This document shows, piece after piece, positions 9,579 through 20,863 of a DNA stretch of 64,000 bases. The notes under the pieces are model-generated. The model was not told the DNA's origin, did not search any database, and worked only from the letters and a program-made list of their open reading frames with translations. Every line of letters starts with the position of its first letter. Within the stretch, counting starts at the first letter, position 1. The stretch is from an uncultured bacterium (GTDB lineage: Bacteria; Verrucomicrobiota; Verrucomicrobiia; Limisphaerales; UBA8199): contig CAVVMW010000022.1 in NCBI GenBank assembly GCA_963749495.1, forward strand, positions 160,001 to 224,000. Reading direction: 5' to 3'. The translations under genes were made by a program, and so were the position numbers.

Positions 9579-11459
9579 TCAGTTCTCGGCCGAGCGAAGC
9601 CGCCAGCGCCGGCGCGGAAGGCGATGTTCATCCGCTCGGGGTCCGCGGGATTGGGCTGGGAACAGTTCCAGGAGCAGGCGCCGCAATGCACACATTTGTC
9701 CCGGTCGAAGACCGGCACGCCCCGGTGGTCTGGCGTGATGGCCTGGCCGGAACAGGCCTCGATGCAAATCCGCACCCCGCACTCGATGCACAGGCGCGGG
9801 TAAAGAAAGGCCACGTGATCCGCATAGCCGGGCGGCGCGTGGACCTTGCCCCCCAGCAGCAGGGCGTCCTGGTGCGACATCAGCAGCTTGCCGTCATAAG
9901 GAATCGCCGGCCAACCGCACCGCTGCATGAGAGTGGCATGGAGCGAGACGCCCTTGATGGCGCATTCCTTGCGCAATTGCCGGAGCTCCACCTCCGGGAT
10001 TCGGCCCCGGTAATACTCCTCGAGCGACGGGATGCGTTCGTAAGGGGGGACCGGTTCGGCGCCCAGGGCCAGCCGGCCCTTGGTCAGGCCGGCAAGGGCC
10101 ATCCCCAGCAGACCACGCACAAAGCCCCTTTGGAACCCGTCCCGGGATTTCTCCGCCACGCGGGCCTGGGCCTCCAGCCAACTCGCGCGCCGCCGCTTCA
10201 CATAGGTCTGCTCCAGATTCTGCCGGCTGAACGGCTTGCGGGACTTGAGCAGCTCCAGGACGGCCTCAGCCAGTTGCACGCCGCTGGTCCAGGCCTCGTC
10301 CAAGCCGGAGCCGGTCAGGACGTTGGTGGCGCCGGACCCCTCGCCGATGCGGGCGTAGCCTTCACCGACGAGGTGCGGTTCGCCCCGCCGGCCGGACTCG
10401 CAGAGGCTCTTGGCGCCCCAGGAACGGAGCCTGGCGCCCTTGAGATAGCGCCAGAGATAGGGATGAAGCATCCAATGCTGCAGGTAGCGGTAGCTGGTGC
10501 GCACGGGTGTGTCGAACCACGACGGCACAAAAATGCCCACCGAGGCGATGCGGTCCGGGTGCACATAGAAAAAGCCGAAGATTTCCGGCTCCGGGAAGCC
10601 GAACGTGTGCAGCACCGTCCCGGCTTTGAGCGGCGTGTCCTTATCGAGATCCACGACGAATTTCATCCCCACGGCCCACTCGCGCGCACGGTGGCCTGCA
10701 GGCCGGCCGAAATGGGCGTCGAGTTGCTGGCCGACGGGGCCGACCGGCCCATCGCCCACGACGGTGAGCGCGGCGTGTACGTCCATGCCCGGCATGAATC
10801 CGCTGCCGGGCCGCCCTTGTTTGTCCACGCCTTGGTCGAGCAGACGAATGCCTTTGACCCGATCTTCCTGGATCAGGGCCTGGGAGACAGGTGTGCCGGG
10901 CCAGATTTGGACTGTGCCTGTGCCCTGGACCTGGGCGCCGACCCATTGCACGAATTGGCCCATCGAAAGGAGCAGCCCGCCCTCTTTGTGCAGGAACGGC
11001 GGGGTCCAGGGCAACTCGACCGCCTCGCTCTGGAAGGGCAATAACCCTCGAAATGCCCGGATGCAGGCATCGGCCATGCGCACCACCCAGGACCGCCCGG
11101 CTGGCCCCAATGGGGTCCAGCAAATAAACTGTCCGCTGCTCCTGGACCCGCGCGGCCATCGGGATCTGGCTCGGGTCCAGGTCCGGGAAGCTGGCCCGCA
11201 GCCCCCGCCCCCGCGTCACGACCCCGGAGACGCCAAAAGCGATGTCGTCGGCCCGCTCGTAGCAAACCACCTGGGGCGGCATCCCGGGCAGAACCGCGCT
11301 CTCCGCGGTGGGCGAGCCGTCGGGCTTGACCAGGTTCTTTGAGAGCGTCGTGAGGAACCCCGCCATGGCGGGCCCGAACCCGACGCAGGCGATGTCCACG
11401 TCCATGCGCTGGCGGTCAATTGCGGCGGAGGCGTCGGTCGAGGGCGAAGGTGTATCCAA
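9579..11459 (-). CDS. Electron-transfer flavoprotein:quinone oxidoreductase (FixC-like) with C-terminal 4Fe-4S ferredoxin domain; frameshifts at ~11098 and ~9600
   Basis: [13 protein letters not shown] motif; WQ-like [31 protein letters not shown] and [11 protein letters not shown]. Confidence 0.85.
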
Positions 11460-11626
11460 GGCAGGAGGTCTCTTTGTGTGGTTGAGGGCCTCAGCGGGCG
11501 GCCCATTTGGCGCTACTGGACGTGTTCACGAGAAATGCATCCTAGATTGAGTGATGAGGTGCGTCAATCCGTCTTTGGAGGCCCAGCTACGTCCTGGGCA
11601 TCGCCCAGAGGGCCGTGGACGGCCAC

Positions 11627-11800
11627 ATCCCGACGCTCGATGAGGCGCGGCGGCGAGTCGTCGCCGAAATCAAGCAGGCGAAGCGCGATGGGGCGCGAGC
11701 GTTGAAGGTGATTCACGGCTATGGTTCATCGGGCAAGGGCGGGGCGCTCTGCGCCGGGTTGCGGTAGTTGTTCGGCCTGTGCAAAAAGCAAGGGGTCCCA
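11627..11800 (+). pseudogene. Smr/MutS2 C-terminal-domain remnant
   Basis: PTLDEARRRVVAEIKQAKRDGARALKVIHGYGSSGKGG with in-frame TAG at 11765; no start. Confidence 0.7.
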
Positions 11801-11897
11801 AAGAGGGGACAAGCCTTGCCAAACCACCGCGAACGAGTAATCTGGCGCCTATGAAGAGGCACCTGATGTGGATGTCCTCTGACTTATCGGAATCCTC

Positions 11898-12254
11898 ATG
11901 AATGCGTTCTTCGCCTATACCCTTCTCCTGGTGGGCATGCCCGTCTTCGTCGGCATGTTCGTTGGCTCTTTTGTTATGAGGCCGGTTTCAAGAATCCTGT
12001 GCCGATTGCCAAATATCGAGCGGACGCATTTACAATTGCCGGAGGTTCTCAACGGGCTAGCGGCAGCGGCGGCAGGTGCATGTTACTTCCGGGTCTGCGG
12101 GCTGAATCCAAGTCCAATCGTTCCCATCATCATCGCCGCATGGATCTCGTTGTATTGCATCGCGTCTCACCAGCACCTTCCCAACTGGCTCAGTTGGCTT
12201 GCAGGGCTTGTCATCGGCTGGTTCGCATTGGCAAGAGTGGTCCTTGCGGCATGA
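11898..12254 (+). CDS. Small multi-TM hypothetical membrane protein
   Basis: 118-aa ORF with about four hydrophobic segments. Confidence 0.65.
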   Translation: MNAFFAYTLLLVGMPVFVGMFVGSFVMRPVSRILCRLPNIERTHLQLPEVLNGLAAAAAGACYFRVCGLNPSPIVPIIIAAWISLYCIASHQHLPNWLSWLAGLVIGWFALARVVLAA

Positions 12255-12289
12255 CGTTTGACCGCTCGCCCGCGCTCAGATGCTCTGAA

Positions 12290-12851
12290 TCACTCTGTCG
12301 AGTCGCCCGGCAGCAGGTGCTGAGGCAGGCCGGCCAGCACAGCGTTGCGGTCCTTGTAGGTTACGATCCAGAACGCGGTTGTACACGCTTCCTTTCCACC
12401 GTGCAGGCTTTGGCTCGACCCCAAGTGCCTTGGCCAAGGCTGGAAGGCGGTCGTGTATCCAGCAGACGACGACGGTCTTCCCGTCAAGAGCGGGGTCTGA
12501 CAGGATGTGCCTGGCCAAGGCGGCGTAATCACTGGGGCCATACGGCGTCTGCACCGACAGTTTGAGGTGGTCCGCGAGCGGTTTGAGCGTCTCGTAGGGG
12601 CGGAATGTGTGGCCTCTCCTTGTGACCTTCGGCGCGAACAGCGCCGAAGGTTGACCGTTGGTCCCGAGGACGGGTTCCGTTGTCAGGAACGCTGCCAGCG
12701 CGCGTGCTCGCGCCTGCCCGCGTTGAGAAAGATTCACCTCGGATTCATCAGCGGGCTTCTCGGCGTGGCGGAGCAGGATGACCCGCGCCGGTCGCGCCAA
12801 GCCCGTTTCGGCAATGAGGAAAAACAGCAGGATGAGAGGGCAGCATTTCAT
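12290..12851 (-). CDS. Secreted histidine-phosphatase-superfamily protein; frameshift at ~12372
   Basis: Signal peptide, LLRHAEK, RPYET, VVVCWIH; C-terminus QHLLPGDSTE in an alternate frame. Confidence 0.78.
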
Positions 12852-12915
12852 GGGTCAACAGGTCCGCTGCTCACCGGGAAGGACGCTTCTGGTCATCACT
12901 CATAAAGTTGAGGGC

Positions 12916-13614
12916 TCAATCGCCGGAGCTCTGGATGAGGATTGCCTCAAGTCTCGCGCGCAATTCCTCGCGCTTGACCTGGTCAGAGTCCCTCGGGACC
13001 AGGATCGGCTCGTTGAGAATGAGTTCGCACCTGGAAAAGGGGAGCGGAATTTGGAAGCGGTCCCAGCTCTTGAGGCAGATTTTCCGCCGGGTGTTGCAGG
13101 TGACCGGGATGATCGGCAACCCGGTGATTTGTGCCAGGGCGATGACGCCCTCCTGCACGACATAGCGCGGACCCCTCGGGCCATCGGGGGTGACGGCCAA
13201 ATCATATCCCAGCTTCGCGCGGCTGCTCAGTTCCAGCAAGGCCTGGGGGCCGCGGCGGCTGGTAGAGCCGCGCACCTGTTCGACGCCAAAGGCTCCCAGC
13301 ACGGCGGCAAGAAGGGCGCCATCCTTGCTCGCGCTCACCAGCGCGGCGAGTTTGCGCGGATGCCGCCGGTGCACCACCATCGAGATCGCCAGCCGATTGT
13401 GCCACAAGCAGAAGATCACCGGCTGCCCGCTGGGCGGCTGGGTCAGTCCGGAGTGATCACGCCACCGGCAGCGCAGGGATGCGGTCACGATCCGCTCGAT
13501 CACGAACACCAGCAGGGCGACCATCCGTTGCAAGAGCCGGGGTTGGTGCGGAACCACAACACCTGGGTTCGCGCAGGACCCCAAGCCGCGTGCATCGCCT
13601 CCACCCAGGCTCAT
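12916..13614 (-). CDS. DUF374 / lysophospholipid-acyltransferase-family protein (start uncertain)
   Basis: CLWHNR, SASKDG, VRGSTSRRG, AVTPDGPRGP, SWDRFQIPLPFSR. Confidence 0.85.
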   Translation of the reverse strand: MSLGGGDARGLGSCANPGVVVPHQPRLLQRMVALLVFVIERIVTASLRCRWRDHSGLTQPPSGQPVIFCLWHNRLAISMVVHRRHPRKLAALVSASKDGALLAAVLGAFGVEQVRGSTSRRGPQALLELSSRAKLGYDLAVTPDGPRGPRYVVQEGVIALAQITGLPIIPVTCNTRRKICLKSWDRFQIPLPFSRCELILNEPILVPRDSDQVKREELRARLEAILIQSSGD

Positions 13615-13787
13615 TTTCCGGGTCACGGACCAATAAACCATGACTTGCCTCTCCGACGCAAGCCAATTCTCCGGCTTTTGCCCGGGTGCCCGGGTGACGA
13701 GTGTGCCAAAACCTTTTTCTCCCTTGCTATTTTCGTGGTCTGAGCTTTCCAGTTGACCGTAAGTCATGCTTCCAGGATGCTCCGGGT

Positions 13788-14048
13788 ATGACGGCTACTC
13801 TATATAATCGGGGCCAGATGGTGATCCCGGCCAAGGCCAGAAAGGAGGCGCGGCTCAGCCAGGGTAACGTCCTCAGCGTTGAAATCCAAGGCGATGGCAG
13901 AATTCTGCTCGTGCGGCTGGAAAGACCCAAGGAGTCGGAGCCAGCCAAAGCCCGGCTGTTACACCGCAAGGGCAGACATCCCGTTCTGGTCGGCACTCGC
14001 GAGCCGACGAATCAGGAGCTGGTGGCCGCGCTGGCGGACTTCCCATGA
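13788..14048 (+). CDS. AbrB/MazE/SpoVT-family antitoxin-like DNA-binding protein (orphan)
   Basis: RGQMVIPAKARKEARLSQG...GRILL. Confidence 0.82.
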   Translation: MTATLYNRGQMVIPAKARKEARLSQGNVLSVEIQGDGRILLVRLERPKESEPAKARLLHRKGRHPVLVGTREPTNQELVAALADFP

Positions 14049-15586
14049 AGTACCTCCGAAACCAACCTGTGAGAATGCCAACTGCCAACCGCCTCGATAT
14101 AGGCGGAGTACTGCTGTCCGCGCTCTGCGTCCTTACGATCTTGAGGATGCAGACCGGCCTCGCCGGGCCGGCTCCAATCCAGGGGCCGCTCAGGGCCTCC
14201 GGGAATCCCAATTACTTCACGGACGCGAGCGGCAGCCCGCTCATCCTGTGCGGTTCGCAAACGTGGAACACGCTGCAGGATTGGGGCACCAGCGGGTCCG
14301 TGCAGCCGCTGGACTTCAACGCGTTCATCGGGTTTCTCAAGGCGCATGGACACAACTTCACTCTCCTCTGGCGCACCGAGTTGCCCAAGTTCAGCAACTT
14401 GCCCGTCGCGGCCGCTCATCCTCCGGATTTCACCGTAAGCCCGCATCCCTGGATAAGAACCGGCCCCGGACTCGCCACCGACGGCGGACTGAAATTCGAT
14501 CTGACGGCATTCGACCCCGCCTATTTCGACCGATTACGCGCGCGGGTGGAGGCACTGAACGGGGCGGGCATCTATGCCGGTGTCTATTTGTTCACCGCCG
14601 AATTCCTGCTGCGGTTCCGCAGTTCGACCGACGGCTATCCTTTTTCGGGACCCAACAATGTCAATCGAGTGGATGACGGCTACCGGGGCGGCCCGGCCGA
14701 GACCGGTCTCGCCTCGGTTACCATGGCTGCAACCAACGTCATCACCGATTTGCAGGATGCCTGTGTCCGGAAGACCATCGACACTCTGAACGACCTGCCC
14801 AATGTGCTCTGGATCGTTTCCGAGGAGGCTCCGATGAAATCAACCTGGTGGAACAGCCACTTGATTTTGTTGGTCCGGGCTTACGAGCGGGTGAAGCCCT
14901 GTCAACATCCCGTCGGATATGCCACGCTTGAGAGTCCCTCGGATTCCATCCTTTACAATTCGGACGCGGACTGGGTCGCTCCGTGGGCCTGGGTTTCTCC
15001 CACGACCTCCTGCGGAACGGGCAACCCTTCCTGCAAAGTCAACATCAATGACAGCGACCACAGCTACTTCGGGATGTGGAATGATGCGCCTCAGAAAAAC
15101 CGGAATTATGCGTGGGAGAACTTCACCACGGGCAACCAGGTGCTGTTCATGGACCCGTACCTGGTCTATTACCCGCGCGAGAATCGGAACCTGTGCCTTT
15201 CTCCTGTCCACGGCATCGGCAGCAGCCCGGACCCGCGCTGGGAGAATTTTCGGAACAATCTCGGGTATCTCTTGCGATATTCACGCAAGCTCAACCTGGC
15301 CAACGTCACCCCCAGGAATTCTCTCTGTTCGACCAAGCACTGCCTGGCGCAGACCCCGTCCAGCGGCGCGGAGTACCTGGCTTATGCCCCTGCCGGAGGC
15401 CCGTTCACCATGGATCTATCGGCGATGCCGGACTCGAGGAGGCTGGCGGTCGAATGGTTTAACCCTGCGACCGGCGAGACCATAACCGAAAGTCCGATTG
15501 CTGCCGGGTCATCCTCCCAGCCGTTCCGTCCGCCATTCAACGGAGACGCCGTCTTATACCTGGTGGACACGGCGGGTCACATGTAA
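14045..15586 (+). CDS. Secreted putative glycoside hydrolase (DUF6298/DUF4038-like) with C-terminal putative collagen-binding domain; alternative start 14075
   Basis: GPLRASGNPNYFTD...GSQTWNTLQD; FDLTAFDPAYFDRLR; VEWFNPATGE...PPFNGDAVLYL. Confidence 0.7.
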   Translation: MKYLRNQPVRMPTANRLDIGGVLLSALCVLTILRMQTGLAGPAPIQGPLRASGNPNYFTDASGSPLILCGSQTWNTLQDWGTSGSVQPLDFNAFIGFLKAHGHNFTLLWRTELPKFSNLPVAAAHPPDFTVSPHPWIRTGPGLATDGGLKFDLTAFDPAYFDRLRARVEALNGAGIYAGVYLFTAEFLLRFRSSTDGYPFSGPNNVNRVDDGYRGGPAETGLASVTMAATNVITDLQDACVRKTIDTLNDLPNVLWIVSEEAPMKSTWWNSHLILLVRAYERVKPCQHPVGYATLESPSDSILYNSDADWVAPWAWVSPTTSCGTGNPSCKVNINDSDHSYFGMWNDAPQKNRNYAWENFTTGNQVLFMDPYLVYYPRENRNLCLSPVHGIGSSPDPRWENFRNNLGYLLRYSRKLNLANVTPRNSLCSTKHCLAQTPSSGAEYLAYAPAGGPFTMDLSAMPDSRRLAVEWFNPATGETITESPIAAGSSSQPFRPPFNGDAVLYLVDTAGHM

Positions 15587-15650
15587 ACCTGACCCTTCGC
15601 TCATGCCACAGACACCGTCCCTTGGACTGCCCAAGAATGCTTCTCAAAGC

Positions 15651-15800
15651 GCAATTGTTCAGGTGGGGACGCGTGGGGCAGCCCTCCGGGCTGCCGGTTG
15701 CAGGGGCCTCTGGCCCCGAGCGTCGCGACTGCAAGGGACACGGAGCCAGAGGCTCCGTGAACCGGCAGACCAGAGGTCTGCCCCACACCTGAACAGTTAC
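15651..15800. mobile_element. MITE-like element, family A copy 1
   Basis: Ends GCAATTGTTCAGG...CCTGAACAGTTAC; palindromic interior similar to 34307-34454. Confidence 0.75.
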
Positions 15801-15805
15801 CTCAA

Positions 15806-16521
15806 ATGAAACTCTGTTTGCTCTGTTTTTTCCTCGCCCTGGGCATGTCAACGCCGGCGAGCGACACTTCCCCAAGGGTTCGGCACACGACGGTCTCAAT
15901 TGTCGGTGACGAGTTTTGCATCAACGGCCGCCCGACTTATGCCGGACGCTCCTGGAACGGGCACAAGCTCCAGGGGTTGCTCCTCAACGCGCGCCTGGTT
16001 CAGGGCATCTTCGACGACCGCAACACTAACACCGTTTCAGGCTGGTCCTACCCGGACACCGGCAAATGGGACCCGGAGCGTAACACCTCCGAGTTCACTG
16101 CCGCTATGCCGGACTGGCGGCGGCATGGATTGCTCGCCTTTACCATCAACTTCCAAGGCGGTTCGCCCCGAGGCTACGTGAGCGCCCAGCCCTGGCACAA
16201 CTCCGCGTTTGAGGCAGACGGCTCACTGCGCCCGGACTACGCGGGCCGGCTGGAGCGTATTGTCAACCGCGCGGACGAACTCGGGATGGTGGTGGTTCTG
16301 GGCTATTTCTATACGAGGACGATCACTACGGCTTCGAAAAGCCGGGGAATAATTTCACCGTGGCGCTGGCGTCCTGCGCCTCGTGGGGCCTCTACGACCA
16401 GGGCACGAACAACTACCACGACGGCTTTCAATCCCCCCCGGTGGACTGGGCCATCAATACTCAGCGCGAGCAGGACTTCTTTCGGCTGGTGAGTGAAATC
16501 ACCGTCAACGCTGCCAAATAG
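15806..16521 (+). pseudogene. Secreted TIM-barrel glycoside-hydrolase-like gene with an internal deletion
   Basis: N-half ends GMVVVLGYFY at ~16311 and joins out of frame to the C-terminal EDDHYGFEKP...ASWG..D...GFQSPPVDW...EIT. Confidence 0.7.
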
Positions 16522-16628
16522 TCGAGCCAGATTTGCAGGGCTTGGGAAGCCCATCCCGGCTTCCTGACCATTTCAAAGGGCTGATCCGCAGGGTTGCGGT
16601 CTCAGCGAGAGAAAGTTATAGTTTTCGC

Positions 16629-16823
16629 ATGAGTGCGACAGCAGAGGCGTTATTGGAGCAGTTTCGCAGACTGCCTGGCCCCGAGCAGCAGGAGCTTTTG
16701 CAGCGGTTGTTGCGTTTGACCTCAGGAGCCGGGGACCCCTCTGAGAAACCCTTCCCTACCGTAAAGGTCAGCGGCGGCGCGATCACCTCGGAGCAGGTAG
16801 CGGAGGCCCTCGATGATGAATGA
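16629..16823 (+). CDS. Small orphan antitoxin-like protein (64 aa)
   Basis: MSATAEALLEQFRRLPGPEQQELL...ITSEQVAEALDDE; no toxin downstream. Confidence 0.5.
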   Translation: MSATAEALLEQFRRLPGPEQQELLQRLLRLTSGAGDPSEKPFPTVKVSGGAITSEQVAEALDDE

Positions 16824-17029
16824 GGCGCTGACCCAGCCTCGCCCACGCTGTTCTTGGTTTCCTGACCACACCATCCGAACGGAGAAAGAAACCTCTGTTC
16901 TCTCTGTTCCCTCCTGTTCAGATCCGGGCGTGGCGGCGTGGTGGGACTGGACTTCGACAAAGGCGTCAGCGATGGCCCTCCGAACCCCTGTTCGCGTCGC
17001 CGGTGGCCGCCAGGCGTCACGCACTCGCC

Positions 17030-17227
17030 AAGATCGGCGTGCTTTTGCGCCAGGCTCGGGAGCAAGCTGGGGTCACCCAAGAGGACTTGGCGCGGCGGAC
17101 GAAGACCAAAAAATCCGCCATCTCACGCCTGGAAAACCACGCCGAGGACGTGCGCCTCTCGACATTGGAGCGTGTCGCTCCTGCGCTGGGCAAATCCCTG
17201 CGAATTGGATCGGTTGAGGTTCAGTAG
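17030..17227 (+). pseudogene. XRE-family HTH antitoxin remnant, N-terminus missing
   Basis: [36 protein letters not shown]...RLSTLERVA. Confidence 0.7.
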
Positions 17228-17349
17228 AACTGCTAACGGGGCAGGGCCTCAGACCGGCAAGGCAACGTGAGTTTTGCGACATTCGGCTGCCGCTGGAGGT
17301 GCCTTGCCGGCCTGAATCGCTGTCTCGTTAGTACACTGGCCGTGTGCTG

Positions 17350-17649
17350 CGCCCGGACCAGGGCAGCGTCAACCACGTCGCGCCCCGCTGGCCCCGTGAG
17401 ATGCGGCGATTGGAGTGCCTGGCCAGTCCCGCGCGGCTTATCTCACTGGGCGAGCGCGGCGGCAAGGGCGCGTGGGAGAACCTCGTCTGGTCGGCCAAGG
17501 AGCCGAACCAGCGCAAGGCCGACCACCTCCCGCATGAGGCCTGCCGCAAGCTCCTGTCCAGTGCCCGTGCGCCGAGGGAGTTGACGGTCTCGGCTCTCAT
17601 GCGTAATGCCCCCGTCATCGAGCATTGGAAGCTGCCTTTGTGGGACTAA
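17350..17649 (+). pseudogene. HNH endonuclease C-terminal remnant
   Basis: S-x-N/D-HVAPR...RGG..WENLVWSAKEPNQRKADHLPHEA with an interrupting insertion. Confidence 0.55.
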
Positions 17650-17861
17650 GCGAGGCACTTGTCCAAATGCAATAGAGGGAATTAGCAAAACTCACGCTTA
17701 CGCGGATCCGCCGAACGTAATGCGCTGCGGCCAGAAGCCGAGCCCAACGACTAAACCGCCGGGACGCACGACGGCCCCTCGGGGCGGGCAAGGTTCGCTC
17801 GGGCGTTTGCTCGTGTATTTAGTTGACGCCTGAATCTCGGTTTGCGAGGTTTGGGCTTGCC

Positions 17862-20800
17862 ATGATCGAGAATCAAGTTTTCAGGGGTTTGGTAATAGGC
17901 GTGGCCGCGAACGCCTTAACGTCCATCTTTGCGCTCGCCGGCAGAAAAGGCAAGGAGATGCTCAACGACAAGGAGGAGCTAAGAAAATTCTTAGAGGCCG
18001 ATGCTTCATTGGAGCGTATTCTTACTAGAGCCCTAACGGACTTCGCCAAGACAGGCGGTGCGCCACGTGACGTTGATTCCGAGCGGTTAAAAGTTTTTTT
18101 GCATTCACCGGATGTGGAAGCGATGTTCCGCCAGATGTATTCTTGCCGCCTGAGCGAAAGTACCTCAAACCGCGTGGAGGCGCTGGAAGCAGAGTTCCTC
18201 CTTTCTTTGTCGCTTTTCGTCGGCCAACCCGAGGCCAGTCTTTCCAACGTCGGCAAGCAGCTTTTCAGCCATTTAATGGAGGTCTGTGAAAGATCATTGT
18301 CCGTGTCGATCGACCGCGGGGTCCTCAGCGCTCACGAAGCCAAATCGGTCGCGAGGCATCGGCTCATCCTTGATGAGTTGGCGGGAATTCAAAAGAACCT
18401 GGCTTTTCTAAAAAGACCGCCGAAGGCCGAAATCGGTGAGATTCTGGAGTTCGAGGAGAAATACCGGCAGCAGGTAGCGGGCCGTCACGGCTACATCGTT
18501 CCCCCACATTTTGACGCAGCTCGTAAGCTACCCATCGATGACCTGTATGTTTGTTCGGACTTTACGGCAATCGGGAAACGAAAGCGCGAGCAGGCCAGGG
18601 AAATCAATTTCGAGCAGTTTGAGTCCGAATTGTATCGCGCCGTCGTCCTCGGCAATCCCGGTAGCGGCAAATCCAGGCTCTCCTTGAAACTGTGTCACAG
18701 TTTCTCGGGAAATTACGATCAACGGTCGTTGGGGGGAAGAAGGGTGACAACCGTCCTGGTTGTCCTCCGGGACTATGGTGCGGAGAAAAAGGCTCAGAAG
18801 TGCTCGATCGTTCAGTTTATCGAGCGAACCGCTAACGCAAAGTACCAAGTCGCTCCTCCGGAGGGTGCGTTCGAATATTTGCTCCTTAATGGCAGAGCCT
18901 TCATCATCTTTGATGGATTAGATGAACTGCTCGAGACGAATTACCGCCAAGAAATTAGTGCTGATATCGAATCATTTTGTGACCTCTATCCGTCAGTCCC
19001 GGTGTTGGTTACCTCAAGGGGGGTTGGTTACGAACAGGCACCGTTGGACCCCAGGAAATTCGAAGTGTTCCGTTTGTCGGAATTCGATCAGAACCAGGTG
19101 CTAGAGTACGCGAATAAATGGTTCGCCGCAGACAAGGATTTGACGCCCGATCAACAAACCCAAAAGGCCGCTTCATTTCTGGAGGAGAGTCAGAGTGTTC
19201 CCGATCTCCGGTCGAACCCGTTGATGTTGGCCTTGATGTGCAACATTTACCGTGGAGAAAGCTATATTCCGCGAAACCGGCCTGAGGTGTACGAGAAATG
19301 CGCGATTATGCTCTTCGAGCGCTGGGACAAGGGCCGTGGTATCCTGGTTCCTCTGCCGTTCGAGGCTCACATCAATCCTGCGATGAAGTTTCTTGCCCAC
19401 TGGATCTACTCTGACGCGAAGCTGCAGGCAGGCGTATCTGAGCACAATCTAGTTGGCAAGGCTACCGATTACCTTTGCACGTGGCGCTTCGAGGATAAAG
19501 AGGAGGCCCGCAGGGCTGCACAGGAGTTCATCGATTTTTGCCGCGGCAGAGCATGGGTGTTCACGGATACAGGAACAACGAAGCAAGGCGAGAGCCTCTA
19601 CCAATTCACACACAGGACATTTTTGGAGTACTTTACCGCAGCTCACCTGATCCGCACCCATGTGACGCCGAAAGAGCTTGGGAAAGTGCTTTTACCGAAG
19701 ATTGTGAAACGGGAATGGGATGTTGTTTCTCAGCTTGCGTTTCAGCTCCAGAATAAAAACGTCGAGGGTGCGGGGGACGATCTCCTTAGGCTTCTCTTGA
19801 AGGAGGCGGCCGGCTCCAGGAACAGCAGGTCTTAGAACTTGCTGTCATTTTCCGCTCGTTGCCTCGGGTTCATGGTTCCCACTCCCAAGATCACAAGGGA
19901 TGTGACAGGCATATGTCTCAAGCGCTTCACCCGAAGTGGTCGAATGACCTCTGAGGAGAACCACGAGGTTATTGGCGCTTTCTTGGCGCGGCTACCGAAA
20001 ACCAAGCTGTCGTGGCGAGGGTTTTCGAGGAGGTGCTGCAAGGGTTGGTTGCGAACCCATCTGATCAGTTTTGCCTCCTGGGCTTGGAATTTGTTATGAA
20101 TTTGTCCCATTTTCGTGGCCAGAGCACGGGCTTCCTTCGGCCTGAGCAACGGGAATTCTGGACCGGGTTTTCAAATCGGCTCACCGAGGACGTCGAGGAT
20201 AGAATCGAGAAGCTCGCTCCACAGCATTTCGGTTTGGCATACGATTTGTTTCGACAACGGAAGATCGCCCTTAAAACCCTCGTGGAATGGCATGGCTCCC
20301 AAGCTCTTTTCCGCGATCGAGGGTACGTCATCTTCCCGGGCACCGTTTCCTGGTCGGTGGCTGGGGGCATGTTGGGTCTGCTGGTTGGCGAGATGACGCC
20401 CCCACCCGAGAGCGTGCCAGATTGTCTCGAGGAAATCCGAGAAGTCGGCCGACTGGCGCTGGCTGGGGCCACTCAGCCGATAAAAGAGCCAAGACACCGG
20501 GACCGGTGGAGCATGTGGTTTCTTGATCCCGGCCGCCTCCCCTTTCGGGGCGGAGGCCCCATTCCCGAGATTCAAATGGATGCGGATCTCTATTTCGGTG
20601 CCTTTTGGCTGATGGGGTGCTGGTTTGAAGTTGTGGAGGGGGAGGTTCCTGCAGAGCACCTTGGCCATGTTCTGGAACGACAGCAACGCGGCTTAGGCCC
20701 GGCTGGGGGCGATCTCAGCCTCACGTTGTTAGCGCGCGCCCGGCCTCCCCTTCGCGAACAGATGCACGCGAAATTAGTGTCTCGGCGCTTGAGGCCGGAG

Positions 20801-20863
20801 CAGCAGGCGTTTATCTGCAGGTGGGCCAACGGAGAATTCAACATTTTGGCTCGACAGACCTGA
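17862..20863 (+). CDS. NACHT-family STAND NTPase (~1000 aa), interrupted by in-frame TAG (19833) and a frameshift (~19985)
   Basis: Walker A VVLGNPGSGKS, Walker B FIIFDGLDE, VLVTSR, NPLMLALM, YQFTHRTFLEYFTA; visibly more AT-rich than flanks. Confidence 0.85.

Noticed and set aside
9149..11110. Apparent 653-aa fusion of ETF-QO with the NadB N-terminus
   Set aside because: Artefact of frameshifts at ~9600 and ~9164 reading through the intergenic repeat
17710..17800. attC-like site (GCCGAAC...GTTCGCT) upstream of the NACHT gene
   Set aside because: Core sites are imperfect, internal pairing is poor, and there is no second attC or integron integrase
19833..19835. Pyrrolysine or programmed readthrough at the NACHT amber codon
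   Set aside because: No pyl genes are present and other genes use TAG as a normal stop; nonsense mutation or sequence error is simpler
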